Source: Crocinitomicaceae bacterium
GTDB lineage: Bacteria > Bacteroidota > Bacteroidia > Flavobacteriales_D > Crocinitomicaceae
NCBI GenBank assembly: GCA_014762645.1
Contig: JABURP010000067.1
Span: 10,926-74,925 of the forward strand
DNA: 64,000 bases
Direction of reading: 5' to 3'
The stretch's first letter is position 1; the number at the start of each line of letters is the position of its first letter. Position numbers and translations under genes: made by a program. Positions 17,476-26,736 of the stretch are shown in pieces. Below the pieces are notes generated by a model. The model was not told the origin of the DNA, searched no databases, and saw only the letters and a list, made by a program, of their open reading frames with translations.

Positions 17476-18186
17476 TCAACCCAAAAAGTTAGCTTCCTGA
17501 GCCAACCTTTTTATATCAGGAATTACAATGGATTTTGCAACCAAATCTATCACGCCTTCTTTATTCAATTGCGACAATGTTCGTATAGCTGTTTCCGTAG
17601 TAGTTCCTGCTATGTCAGCAATTTCCGATCGCGATAACGCAACATTCAGTGTTTTGCCATCTTCTTTAAACCCAAACGTATCGTGAATATGTAGAATTGA
17701 TTCAGAGATCCTTTCCTTAACCGTCTTTTGGGCAAGATTAATCAAATGTTGTTCTGCATTCCTTAAATCTTTCGTTAACTGACGGATAATATTTAATGAT
17801 AAATCAGAATTTTCATTGATCAATGCCATGCAATTGTCTTTGGCCAGATGACACACGTAACAATCTTCCATAGCTGTGGCCGTTGCCTGATAAGGTTCGT
17901 TACTCAATAAGGCACGATAACCTAAAATATCTCCGGTCCCGGCAAATCGTATGACCTGTTCTTTACCATCTTCCCCAAGTTTTGACAATTTCACCTTTCC
18001 TGAATAAATACAGTAAAGACCGTGTGAATAATTTCCCTGATAGAAGATGTTTTGCCCTTTCTTGTAGTAATTACTTCCTTTATTTTCAGATAGGGCTTCC
18101 TTTTCTAGTGCAGATAACGCACAAAAAATTTTGCTATCATTTGTGCAATCCTGACAAGATGGAATATGTAATTGTCCTTCTTTCAT
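17476..18186 (-). CDS. fnr: FNR-type oxygen-sensing Crp/Fnr regulator with an N-terminal Cys cluster
   Basis: IPSCQDCTNDSKIFC resembles E. coli FNR HCQDCSISQLC. An internal Cys lies in EDCYVC. HTH is AGTTTETAIRTL. Confidence 0.75.
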   Translation of the reverse strand: MKEGQLHIPSCQDCTNDSKIFCALSALEKEALSENKGSNYYKKGQNIFYQGNYSHGLYCIYSGKVKLSKLGEDGKEQVIRFAGTGDILGYRALLSNEPYQATATAMEDCYVCHLAKDNCMALINENSDLSLNIIRQLTKDLRNAEQHLINLAQKTVKERISESILHIHDTFGFKEDGKTLNVALSRSEIADIAGTTTETAIRTLSQLNKEGVIDLVAKSIVIPDIKRLAQEANFLG

Positions 18187-18260
18187 AAAAGTAGGTGCTA
18201 TTTGTTAGTCAAAGTTACATATACTCACATATTTTAATCTTATCGAAATCATTCTAAAAC

Positions 18261-18274
18261 ATGATATATATCAC
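18261..18274. promoter_or_regulatory. FNR-type box ATGATATATATCAC (one mismatch)
   Basis: Lies between divergent fnr and moeA. AAAATTTG (18298-18305) is 34.5 bp from the dyad centre on the moeA side. Confidence 0.55.
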
Positions 18275-18332
18275 ATTGCCTCTGGGGTGAATTGTCCAAA
18301 ATTTGTAGGAACTTTGTTCAAATCACACGTAC

Positions 18333-19505
18333 ATGATTAGTATTGAAAAGGCACAAACGCTAGTAACTGAAAACACATCAACTTTAAAATCACATAAACT
18401 TCCTCTGAGCCAGGCACTTAATTGTGTGTTAGCTGAAGACCTTGTATCTCCCTACCACCTTCCTTTATTTGACCAATCGGCAATGGATGGTTATGCGATA
18501 AATGGAAATCATGACACATATCAGGTTACTGGCGTAATAAAAGCTGGTGATGATGCCAGTGCTGTACAGGTACGAAACAACGAGGCTGTTAGAATTTTTA
18601 CCGGTGCCATGATTCCCAAAGGAACAAAAATGGTTGTGATGCAGGAAAAAATCAACTTTTTAGGTTCGGATAAAATCACATTAAAAGAGCAGGCCTTATC
18701 AGAAGGTATGAACATTCGTTATTCCGGAGAAGAGCTGAAAGAGGGAGACCTTGTATTGCCGAAAGGAACCTCAATGAATGCAGCTGCTATTGGATTAGCA
18801 AGTACGTTGGGGATTTCAGAAGTTGAAGTAACCAAAAGGCCGGTGATCACCATTATCGAAACCGGAAGCGAATTGCTCCAACCGGGTGATCGTTTAAGTC
18901 CGGGGAAAATATATGCCTCCAACGCCGTAATGCTACAGGCCATATTGAACCAAAGCGGATTTGATTGTACGACTACTCGTGTAAGTGATGACCTGGAACA
19001 AACGGAAGAAGCAATTAAAAATGCAACAGAAACAAGTGACGTTGTAATTTTAACTGGTGGGATATCCGTGGGAGATTATGATTTTGTGGAGCAAGCTTTG
19101 TCGGCGAATGAAGTTGAACAAGTATTTTATAAAATCAATCAAAAACCCGGAAAGCCTATGTATTACGGCAGAAAGGAAAATGTGCATGTGTTCGCATTGC
19201 CTGGAAATCCTGCAGCCACACTTACTTGTTATTTCATGTACGTTCTACCCTGTTTAAAGAATTTATCCGGACAGAAGAACCCGGTTAACAATGTAAAAAC
19301 CGCTATGTTAAATAGTGAATTTATCCGAAAAGGGAACCGTACTTATTTATTGAAAGGATATTATAATAAAGGAGTGGTTAACATATTAACTGGTCAGAGT
19401 TCAGCTATGTTAAGTGCTTTTGTTGATGCTAATTGCCTGATTAAACTCAATGGTGAGAAAACGCATTACTCACAGGGGGATCAAGTAGAATGTTACCCCC
19501 TTTAA
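18333..19505 (+). CDS. moeA: Molybdopterin molybdenumtransferase
   Basis: 390 aa. LAEDLVSPYHLPLFDQSAMDGYAI, TGGISVGDYDF, LPGNPAA. Confidence 0.9.
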   Translation: MISIEKAQTLVTENTSTLKSHKLPLSQALNCVLAEDLVSPYHLPLFDQSAMDGYAINGNHDTYQVTGVIKAGDDASAVQVRNNEAVRIFTGAMIPKGTKMVVMQEKINFLGSDKITLKEQALSEGMNIRYSGEELKEGDLVLPKGTSMNAAAIGLASTLGISEVEVTKRPVITIIETGSELLQPGDRLSPGKIYASNAVMLQAILNQSGFDCTTTRVSDDLEQTEEAIKNATETSDVVILTGGISVGDYDFVEQALSANEVEQVFYKINQKPGKPMYYGRKENVHVFALPGNPAATLTCYFMYVLPCLKNLSGQKNPVNNVKTAMLNSEFIRKGNRTYLLKGYYNKGVVNILTGQSSAMLSAFVDANCLIKLNGEKTHYSQGDQVECYPL

Positions 19506-19531
19506 TCAAGCAAAAAGAAATGCAGTAAATT

Positions 19532-20443
19532 ATGGTAGATATTACAAACAAATCCACAACCCTACGTCTGGCGGTAGCAGAAGCAACAGTTACTGTTGGA
19601 AGCCAGGCAACAATTGATGCAATCAACAACAAAACTGTACCTAAAGGAGATGTATTTGCCTCAAGCAAAGCAACGGGTTTACTGGGAATAAAAAAAACAG
19701 CTGATCTTTTACCGGATTGCCACCCACTACCTATTGAATATGCAGGAATTGATTTTAAAATAGAAGGTCTTGAAATCATTATTACAGTATCTGTAAAAAC
19801 AATTTATAAGACCGGAGTTGAAGTGGAAGCCATGCATGGTGCAAGTATCGTTGCATTGAACATTTATGACATGTTGAAACCAATTGATAAAAATATTGAA
19901 ATCAACACAATTCGACTGCTTCAGAAAAAAGGCGGAAAATCTGATTTTAAGGATAAATACAGAAAGGATTTAACTGCGGTGGTTGTTGTGTGTTCGGATA
20001 CCATATCTGCCGGACAAAAGGAAGACAAATCCGGTAAAGCCATTATCAATGCTTTAGAGAATAATGACGTTCAAATTGTAGAATATGTTATCATTCCGGA
20101 TGAAATTGATGAAATACAAAAAGTAGTAACGACCTATACTCAAAGTAAAACAGACCTCATCATCTTTACCGGTGGTACAGGTCTTTCAAAACGAGATGTC
20201 ACACCAGAGGCAATTGTTCCATTATTGGACAGAGAAATTCCGGGAATTGCTGAAGCTGTCCGCACATACGGCCAGGCAAGGACACCCTATTCCATGCTAT
20301 CGCGTAGTTTAGCCGGTGTTAAAGATGAATCCTTGATATTGGCTCTTCCAGGCTCTACAAAAGGCGCCAGTGAATCCATGGATGCACTTTTTCCTCATGT
20401 GTTGCATATATTCAGAATATTTAAAGGAGCACGACACGAATAA
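19532..20443 (+). CDS. moaC: Fusion of cyclic pyranopterin monophosphate synthase (MoaC) with a MoaB/Mog-type molybdopterin-binding domain
   Basis: N-terminal MoaC (VPKGDVFASSKATGLLGIKKTADLLPDCHPLP, KTGVEVEAMHGASIVALNIYDM). C-terminal MoaB/Mog (VVVCSDTISAG..EDKSG, IFTGGTGLSKRDVTPEA). Confidence 0.88.
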   Translation: MVDITNKSTTLRLAVAEATVTVGSQATIDAINNKTVPKGDVFASSKATGLLGIKKTADLLPDCHPLPIEYAGIDFKIEGLEIIITVSVKTIYKTGVEVEAMHGASIVALNIYDMLKPIDKNIEINTIRLLQKKGGKSDFKDKYRKDLTAVVVVCSDTISAGQKEDKSGKAIINALENNDVQIVEYVIIPDEIDEIQKVVTTYTQSKTDLIIFTGGTGLSKRDVTPEAIVPLLDREIPGIAEAVRTYGQARTPYSMLSRSLAGVKDESLILALPGSTKGASESMDALFPHVLHIFRIFKGARHE

Positions 20444-20452
20444 CTAAAGATT

Positions 20453-20854
20453 ATGTACAGGTATAACAGCTATCATAAAATAATAACGGTCTTGATAGTA
20501 TTATGCTGGGCCATCTTTCATTTTTCTAACCGATCCAAAGAGAGTGACATTCAATACGATAATGGACAAGTAGTCACCTCAGGGAATAAAGAAAATGCCT
20601 TAAAAGAAGGCTTGTGGAAATGGTACTATGAAGACGGATCCGTAAGTATGCAGGGTTATTTCTCCAAAGGAAAAAGAACCGGAATTTGGCAAACCTTTTC
20701 ACGGAATGGAACCCTACAAACGGAATCCATTTATGAAAATAATCTTCTTAATGGGACCTATAAGAAATATGACTCACTTGGTAATATCATTGAAGAAATT
20801 GAGTACCGCAATGATACAATCGTCTCAAGAACACCTAAAGTTTTAGGCAGGTAA
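20453..20854 (+). CDS. MORN-repeat-variant protein with an N-terminal membrane anchor
   Basis: GLWKWYYEDGSV..GYFSKGKRTGIWQTFSRNGTL..YENNLLNGTYKKYDSLGN repeats. Confidence 0.6.
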   Translation: MYRYNSYHKIITVLIVLCWAIFHFSNRSKESDIQYDNGQVVTSGNKENALKEGLWKWYYEDGSVSMQGYFSKGKRTGIWQTFSRNGTLQTESIYENNLLNGTYKKYDSLGNIIEEIEYRNDTIVSRTPKVLGR

Positions 20855-21304
20855 TTCAAATCTTGTCTTCCACTTCTCTTTAGCTGCCACTTTTTCAAGT
20901 GTCACCTCTAAAAAGCTGTGATCTCCTTCTTTTACCATTTTCCTGTCTATCACTTTGCTTTCTTCTTCACCCTCATTTTGAATTGGATCTCCTATTCTAG
21001 GCAAAAATGGATAGAGCAGTGTTATTCTTTCATCTTCGGTTTTTACAAGATGAGACGCCGATTCAAAGATGATTTCTTCGAATTTCTCACCTACCATTTC
21101 ATCATTCAACTCATCCTTGGCTTTTGGATTTAAACCTTTTGCCCAGGCAAAGAACTTTTCAGTTGCTATTCTTTTTAAGTCATTATGAATATAGGACGGA
21201 AATGGCGACCTGATATGCTCATTATCTGAAAACCAGAACTCAAACGTCTGATTAACTAATTCACTACTTTCTAAACTATTATAAACTAATTCCTTCATCA
21301 TCAC
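20843..21304 (-). CDS. Hypothetical acidic protein co-transcribed with RIC
   Basis: 153 aa, no family recognised. Its start overlaps the RIC stop by 4 nt. Confidence 0.45.
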   Translation of the reverse strand: MMMKELVYNSLESSELVNQTFEFWFSDNEHIRSPFPSYIHNDLKRIATEKFFAWAKGLNPKAKDELNDEMVGEKFEEIIFESASHLVKTEDERITLLYPFLPRIGDPIQNEGEEESKVIDRKMVKEGDHSFLEVTLEKVAAKEKWKTRFELPA

Positions 21305-22029
21305 TTATTTATCATCAACTCCTGCTCAAGAGCTATTGCTTTTGGAAATAAAATATTATTCTCTAAATGTATATGCAAAAATAAGTCTTCTTGAAATTCT
21401 TTCAATTTTGCATATAATGCCTTAAAGGTATTGCAAGCTTCTGCAGGTGGTTCAAAGTTTTTTGTTATTTCTTGTATTTGTCTCATTTTATGCCCTGCCA
21501 GATCGTGCTCATACTCCATATTTCGAATAGGGTTCTGAGACGTACCAAACCTGGGTGGATTGATTTGCATATTTACTCTTTTGGCTTCTGCCAGATTTTT
21601 AATATATGGAAATAAGATGAGTTCTTCCTTTTTCATATGACCGGCAAGCTCGCTTGCAAGTTCATGAAAAATCTGATTCACCTTCACAACCTCAGTATAA
21701 CAATGACCGTGTACTTTCGCCACTTTATCAGCATACTGAATAATCAGCTGAGTCGCCTCTTCAACGTAGTTGTGATGTTTATTCTCAATATGGTCTATAA
21801 GATCGTCCAGATCCAATTTGTCATATGCATATTCCACTTTTGACTTAAGTTTTAACTCTTCTATCTGTTTGGTTACTTTGTTAAATGAAATTCCTTTCTT
21901 GTGACACACATCTTTAAGCGAAACATTTCCATTGCAACAAAAGTCAATACCATTTTTCTTAAAGACATCTGCCGTCAAAACATTTTGAGAGACGATTTCG
22001 GCTACGGTTGTTGTGTTATCAAGATCCAT
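21301..22029 (-). CDS. ric: Iron-sulfur cluster repair di-iron protein (RIC/ScdA/YtfE family)
   Basis: ScdA_N-type N-terminus (VAEIVSQNVLTADVFKKNGIDFCCNGNVSL) followed by hemerythrin-like His/Glu motifs (HHNYVEE, HMKKEELILFP, HIHLENNILFP). Confidence 0.88.
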   Translation of the reverse strand: MDLDNTTTVAEIVSQNVLTADVFKKNGIDFCCNGNVSLKDVCHKKGISFNKVTKQIEELKLKSKVEYAYDKLDLDDLIDHIENKHHNYVEEATQLIIQYADKVAKVHGHCYTEVVKVNQIFHELASELAGHMKKEELILFPYIKNLAEAKRVNMQINPPRFGTSQNPIRNMEYEHDLAGHKMRQIQEITKNFEPPAEACNTFKALYAKLKEFQEDLFLHIHLENNILFPKAIALEQELMINK

Positions 22030-22082
22030 AATCTGTAATCAATTATTTAATACAAACTTACGATCTAGGAAGAATACAAATT

Positions 22083-22096
22083 ATGATAAATATCAT
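22083..22096. promoter_or_regulatory. FNR-type box ATGATAAATATCAT
   Basis: Perfect match. A minus-strand TAAGTTTG (22053-22060) lies 33.5 bp from the dyad centre. Upstream of ric. Confidence 0.7.
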
Positions 22097-22111
22097 ATTT
22101 TAGGGAGACTT

Positions 22112-22726
22112 TCAATCGTCATTCTTCCAGGAAGAAATGACTTGAAACAAGTCAGCACAAATGGATGCGCCTTTATCTTTAGTGTAAAAACTATGAAGAC
22201 CTTTTTTGAATTCTTCTGAAGTATATTCCGGATGTTCTGTTTTGAATTCCTGCACCCAATTTAGAACAGCTTTTGGTCGGGGTCCCCAATAACCAATTTC
22301 CTCCTGAGATTCAGTATCTACACAGATTAAAACAGGAATGGAACGCGTTCCATTAGTAAGATGGTTATCCATCAATTCGGGGTTCTCGTCCCGCAATACA
22401 ATTTTAAGATTTATTTGGGGATTAACTTCTGATATTTTATTGATATATGGCGCTATTTGAGCACCGTCTCCGCACCATCCTTCCAATATTAATATCCAAT
22501 CCCACTTTGATTGCACTGACTTTATTAATTTGATTAAATCAAGATCCAACTGAATAGTCTTATTCAACCTGTGAATCCTGCTAAGATTTAGCTTTGTAGC
22601 TTGCAACCTATCACTGCTCTGTTCACTTCCTGTAGCTTTGCCCTCATTATAAAGTTGCTCTACATAATCTACATATTCCTGATATGAAAAAGATCTTTGT
22701 TTTGTTCCTGCTCCAATTAATATCAT
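22112..22726 (-). CDS. Thioredoxin-fold protein lacking the CxxC motif (Thioredoxin_9-like)
   Basis: ILEGWCGDGAQIAPYI occupies the position of WCGPC; 204 aa. Confidence 0.6.
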   Translation of the reverse strand: MILIGAGTKQRSFSYQEYVDYVEQLYNEGKATGSEQSSDRLQATKLNLSRIHRLNKTIQLDLDLIKLIKSVQSKWDWILILEGWCGDGAQIAPYINKISEVNPQINLKIVLRDENPELMDNHLTNGTRSIPVLICVDTESQEEIGYWGPRPKAVLNWVQEFKTEHPEYTSEEFKKGLHSFYTKDKGASICADLFQVISSWKNDD

Positions 22727-22772
22727 AAATCAATATTTCGGGCAAAGTACGTGAATACTAAAACCGCAAAAA

Positions 22773-22786
22773 ATGATTCATATCAT
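22773..22786. promoter_or_regulatory. FNR-type box ATGATTCATATCAT
   Basis: Perfect match and identical to the 17446 box. A minus-strand GTACTTTG (22743-22750) lies 33.5 bp from the dyad centre. Confidence 0.65.
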
Positions 22787-22810
22787 ATTCCTGGCTAATT
22801 TTTACCGAAC

Positions 22811-23200
22811 TCAAATATCAATTCCGTAAATCGCAAGCAAGGTGTTGAAGCCAATTCCTGCCAACAGAAAAATGATGAAAATGTTCAGAAAGATCATATT
22901 CATCTCATCCCGTTTCAGGTGTACTGTAGCAGATCCTGCCATCACCATAGCCAAACCCGTTGCCGCCATAGGTGTTAGTATTGGGAAAAAATCCAAATAA
23001 TAAGGCAGAACCAAACCAAGGGCTCCCAGAATTTCAACAAATCCGAAAAATTTTATCCTTGATGGAGGATAATCATGTGCCCATGACACACGTTTCGCGA
23101 TCTGCTCAATCGGCATAAACAACTTCAAAGCGCCAAAGTACAGAAACACCATACACAGACCGATTTGAAGCACCAAAATTATTATATCTATGTTTTCCAT
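22811..23200 (-). CDS. DoxX-family small membrane protein
   Basis: 129 aa, four TM helices, FGALKLF / FGFVEILGALGLVLP pattern. Confidence 0.65.
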   Translation of the reverse strand: MENIDIIILVLQIGLCMVFLYFGALKLFMPIEQIAKRVSWAHDYPPSRIKFFGFVEILGALGLVLPYYLDFFPILTPMAATGLAMVMAGSATVHLKRDEMNMIFLNIFIIFLLAGIGFNTLLAIYGIDI

Positions 23201-23235
23201 GTACCAAATTTAACGCACACGCCAAAGTTTATAAC

Positions 23236-23249
23236 ATGATATCCATCAT
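23236..23249. promoter_or_regulatory. FNR-type box ATGATATCCATCAT
   Basis: Perfect match. A minus-strand TAAATTTG (23205-23212) lies 34.5 bp from the dyad centre, just upstream of the doxX-like start. Confidence 0.6.
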
Positions 23250-23323
23250 ATTCCAATATGACTTCATCACAAAACCCAATAAATCCGCAATTTCTTTAAA
23301 AGTTGGTGTTTTTCAGATAAAAA

Positions 23324-23340
23324 TCAAACTTTTTGATTTT
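23324..23340. repeat. 17-nt direct repeat copy 1 (TCAAACTTTTTGATTTT), inside a near-palindrome AAAATCAAAC-T-TTTTGATTTT
   Basis: Identical 17-mer found again at 23474-23490. Confidence 0.8.
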
Positions 23341-23370
23341 CAGTGAGTTCTGTCCACATCTTCAAAAAAC

Positions 23371-23384
23371 ATGTTTCATATCAT
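23371..23384. promoter_or_regulatory. FNR-type box ATGTTTCATATCAT (one mismatch)
   Basis: Lies 74 bp upstream of the first NarK-type gene. No TTTG at the 33.5-bp position; the nearest TTTG is at 23432. Confidence 0.45.
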
Positions 23385-23457
23385 GTTTTTTCATGGCATA
23401 ACTCATTTATGAAGCTATTAAACACATCTAATTTGGTACTATCAAAAATTAATCCAC

Positions 23458-25026
23458 ATGACTGAAGAAAGATTCAAACTTTTTGATTTTAAACAAGAGA
23501 AGGTCAGGGTTTTGCATTACACATGGATAGCATTCTTCCTGACTTTCTTCGTTTGGTTCAATATGGCGCCGTTAAAAACGGCAATGGTAGATTCATTTGA
23601 CTTTTTAGATGGTAAAAACTTTAAGTCATTATTGTTATGTAACGTGGCGTTGACTATTCCGGCAAGGATCATTGTCGGAGCTTTGGTTGATAGATATGGT
23701 CCACGTGTTGTATTCTCAGGAATCATGATAATAACACTAATTCCAGGGTTATTATTTGCTTTCGGAAATTCATTCACTCAACTGGTTATTTCCAGGTTAT
23801 TACTCAGCTCTATTGGAGCAGGTTTTGTAATTGGTATTAAAATGACCGCTAACTGGTTTCCAGCGAAACACATTGGTAGAGCGGAAGGGTTTTATGCTGG
23901 TTGGGGTAACTTCGGTTCAGCCGCCGCTGCCGGATTAATCCCATTTATTGGCTTAACCTTATTACAAGGCGAGATGGGCTGGAGATGGGCCATGGCCATC
24001 AGTAGTATTGTTACTGCAGTTTATGGTGTTATTTATTACTTCCTGGTAAGAGATCATCCGGATGAAAAAACAACGGTTAAAAAGGAGAAGAAGAAGAAAG
24101 GGCCAAGTATTATGCCTGTATCTTCCTACGCCGGTTTGGTACAATATATATTCTGGACCATGCCGCTTTATGCTGCACTCGGTTTGCTGGTTCGTAATCT
24201 TCAAAGACAACAGGTTCACGGAAAAGACATGTTTTCCGAACAAGTGATGTACATCATTTTTGCCGTATTGGCAGCATTTCTAATTTATCAATGCATTAGA
24301 ATATTAAGATTTAACCTTCCGAGGCTGAAAGCAGGCATACCGGAAGAAGAGAAATTCGCATTTAGTAGTGTAGGCGCATTAAACATGACCTATTTTGCAA
24401 ACTTCGGAGCAGAGTTAGCTGTTGTTTCCATGCTACCATTCTTCTTCGAAAGTACCTTTAAAATATCCCCCCAAATAGCAGGTTTGGTGGCTGGTTCGTT
24501 TGCAGTAATTAATCTAATCGCGAGACCGCTAGGGGGATATTTATCTGATAAAATGCATAGCAGAAAGAAAACCATGCTTATGTATATGCTGGGTATTGCC
24601 ATTGGTTTTGGCTTAATGAGTCTGATCAGTAAATATGGTCCTGTTGTAAATGGAGAACAAACACTTTTACCAATGTTTGAAGGTACATGGTGGTTAGTGG
24701 TTGCCGTTATAATTACCATGTTTTGCTCCCTATTTGTACAGGGTGCAGAAGGAGCTACATTCGCAATGATTCCATCCATTAAAAAAGAAATGACCGGTAG
24801 AATTGCTGGAATGGCTGGAGCTTACGGTAATGTTGGCGCGGTAACCTATCTCTTCATACTCAGCATGGTCGATTCTAAAACATTCTTTGTCGTTCTGGCA
24901 TGCGGAGCCGCCGTCAGTTTTCTCTATTGCATTATCGCATTGAAAGAACCTAAAGGCGCCTTTGGAGAAGAGGAAGTGACTGAAAAAGTTGTTCCCGAAC
25001 AGTATAGCATTATAGCAGAAAAATAA
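23458..25026 (+). CDS. MFS nitrate/nitrite porter (NNP family, NarK1/NrtP-like)
   Basis: 12-TM MFS with the NNP signatures YAGWGNFGSAAAAG and GAYGNVGAV. Confidence 0.85.
   Translation: MTEERFKLFDFKQEKVRVLHYTWIAFFLTFFVWFNMAPLKTAMVDSFDFLDGKNFKSLLLCNVALTIPARIIVGALVDRYGPRVVFSGIMIITLIPGLLFAFGNSFTQLVISRLLLSSIGAGFVIGIKMTANWFPAKHIGRAEGFYAGWGNFGSAAAAGLIPFIGLTLLQGEMGWRWAMAISSIVTAVYGVIYYFLVRDHPDEKTTVKKEKKKKGPSIMPVSSYAGLVQYIFWTMPLYAALGLLVRNLQRQQVHGKDMFSEQVMYIIFAVLAAFLIYQCIRILRFNLPRLKAGIPEEEKFAFSSVGALNMTYFANFGAELAVVSMLPFFFESTFKISPQIAGLVAGSFAVINLIARPLGGYLSDKMHSRKKTMLMYMLGIAIGFGLMSLISKYGPVVNGEQTLLPMFEGTWWLVVAVIITMFCSLFVQGAEGATFAMIPSIKKEMTGRIAGMAGAYGNVGAVTYLFILSMVDSKTFFVVLACGAAVSFLYCIIALKEPKGAFGEEEVTEKVVPEQYSIIAEK
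23474..23490. repeat. 17-nt direct repeat copy 2, inside codons 6-11 of the NarK1-like gene
   Basis: TCAAACTTTTTGATTTT, exactly 150 bp downstream of copy 1. Confidence 0.8.
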
Positions 25027-25056
25027 TACTGCTACAAACTGATAAATTAATAAACT

Positions 25057-26661
25057 ATGAAAACGAATATTGATAATTGGGATGTAGAGGACGATAAGTT
25101 CTGGAAGTCTACTGGTAAGAAAATTGCCAATAAAAACCTTTGGATTTCTATTCCAGCTCTATTATTGTCTTTCTCTGTGTGGATAATGTGGGGAGTTATT
25201 ATTAAATACATGAAAGATTTTGGCTACAACTTCGGCATGACCGAAGGACTGGTTCCCGGATCTGACGCGTATAACTCCGTATTAAATGAAGTAAACTCAC
25301 TGTATTATACACTGCCAGCAATTGCAGGTCTTGCAGGCGCAACACTTCGATTACCCAACTCTTTTTTAATTTCATTGGGTGGAGGTCGAAATGTTATATT
25401 CCTGACAACCTTGCTTTTGGCAATTCCCGCATTTGGAACAGGTATAGCTTTGAGCAACCTGAATACGCCGTACATGTTTTTTGCGGCAATGGCCCTGTTA
25501 TCAGGATTCGGTGGTGGTAACTTCTCCTCTTCCATGAGTAATATTTCCTTTTTCTTTCCTAAGAGAATGCAGGGTTATGCACTTGGAATGAATGCTGGAA
25601 TCGGTAATCTAGGAGTGGCTGTTATGCAAAAACTAATCCCATTTGTGGTGACGTTCAGCATATTTGGAGTAACTGGACATGCAATTGGTACAAATGCAGA
25701 TATTCCGTTGGCCGGAATTCAAAATGCAGGCTGGGTTTGGGTTCCATTGACAATAATTGCAGCAATAGCGGCATTTTTTGGAATGAATAATGTAATTACG
25801 GGAACGCCAAATCTTCCAAACACCGTTCAGGGTGTTGGTAAAACAGCTTACATGGTATTTCTTGGATTAGTGGCTGCCGGTTTAGGTGCATTCTTGTTGG
25901 TGTATGTCAAATTGAACATGTGGATTGTATTACCCATTGTGATAATTACAGCCGTCATGCTCATGAAATTTGCAACACCCGGCACCATTAAAGGAAATCT
26001 AAAAAAACAGTTCTCTATCTTTAATGATAAACACAACTGGATCATGACGGTCATATACACCATGACTTTTGGTTCATTTATTGGGTTTTCTGCAGCATTC
26101 CCTAAACTGTGTCAAGATATTTTTGTCTATACCAATCCGGATGACCCTTCTTTTGTCAATCCGAATGCTCCAGACTTTATGCTTTGGGTATTCCTGGGAC
26201 CGGCACTTGGGGCACTTATTCGTCCGGTAGGAGGAATTATTTCGGATAAAGTAAACAGTGGTGCTAAAGTAACTATGTGGAGTACCATCTTCCAAATTAT
26301 AGCTGCACTTGCGGTTGCTTACTTCATTATTCAAGCGAAAGCTGCTGATTCACCTGAACAATACTGGTGGCCATTCTTCGCGTGCTTTATGGTGTTGTTC
26401 TTAACTACTGGAATTGGTAACGGGTCTACCTTCCGATCTATTCCATACATTTTCAGTAAAGAAAAGGCCGGACCGGTACTAGGATGGACTGCAGCTATTG
26501 CTGCTTATGGTGCCTTCATTATTCCAAAAGTTTTTGGTCAACAAATTAAGAACGGAACAGCAGAATATGCTTTATATGGATTCGCCATTTACTACGTAAT
26601 CTGCCTGGTCTTAAACTGGTGGTATTACCAGGGGCCTAAAAGAGAGTTTGATAATCCATAA
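25057..26661 (+). CDS. narK: Nitrate/nitrite antiporter, E. coli NarK type
   Basis: SGFGGGNFSSSMSNISFFFPKRMQGYALGMNAGIGNLGVAVMQ closely follows the recalled E. coli NarK GFGGGNFASSMANISFFFPK..GLNGGLGNMGVSVMQ. Confidence 0.88.
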   Translation: MKTNIDNWDVEDDKFWKSTGKKIANKNLWISIPALLLSFSVWIMWGVIIKYMKDFGYNFGMTEGLVPGSDAYNSVLNEVNSLYYTLPAIAGLAGATLRLPNSFLISLGGGRNVIFLTTLLLAIPAFGTGIALSNLNTPYMFFAAMALLSGFGGGNFSSSMSNISFFFPKRMQGYALGMNAGIGNLGVAVMQKLIPFVVTFSIFGVTGHAIGTNADIPLAGIQNAGWVWVPLTIIAAIAAFFGMNNVITGTPNLPNTVQGVGKTAYMVFLGLVAAGLGAFLLVYVKLNMWIVLPIVIITAVMLMKFATPGTIKGNLKKQFSIFNDKHNWIMTVIYTMTFGSFIGFSAAFPKLCQDIFVYTNPDDPSFVNPNAPDFMLWVFLGPALGALIRPVGGIISDKVNSGAKVTMWSTIFQIIAALAVAYFIIQAKAADSPEQYWWPFFACFMVLFLTTGIGNGSTFRSIPYIFSKEKAGPVLGWTAAIAAYGAFIIPKVFGQQIKNGTAEYALYGFAIYYVICLVLNWWYYQGPKREFDNP

Positions 26662-26736
26662 AGTGAAAGAAGATCTGCTTTGAGTTTGTGTTACATTTGA
26701 ATATTTCGGGTTTAATCCTGATATTTTCCAAATAAT

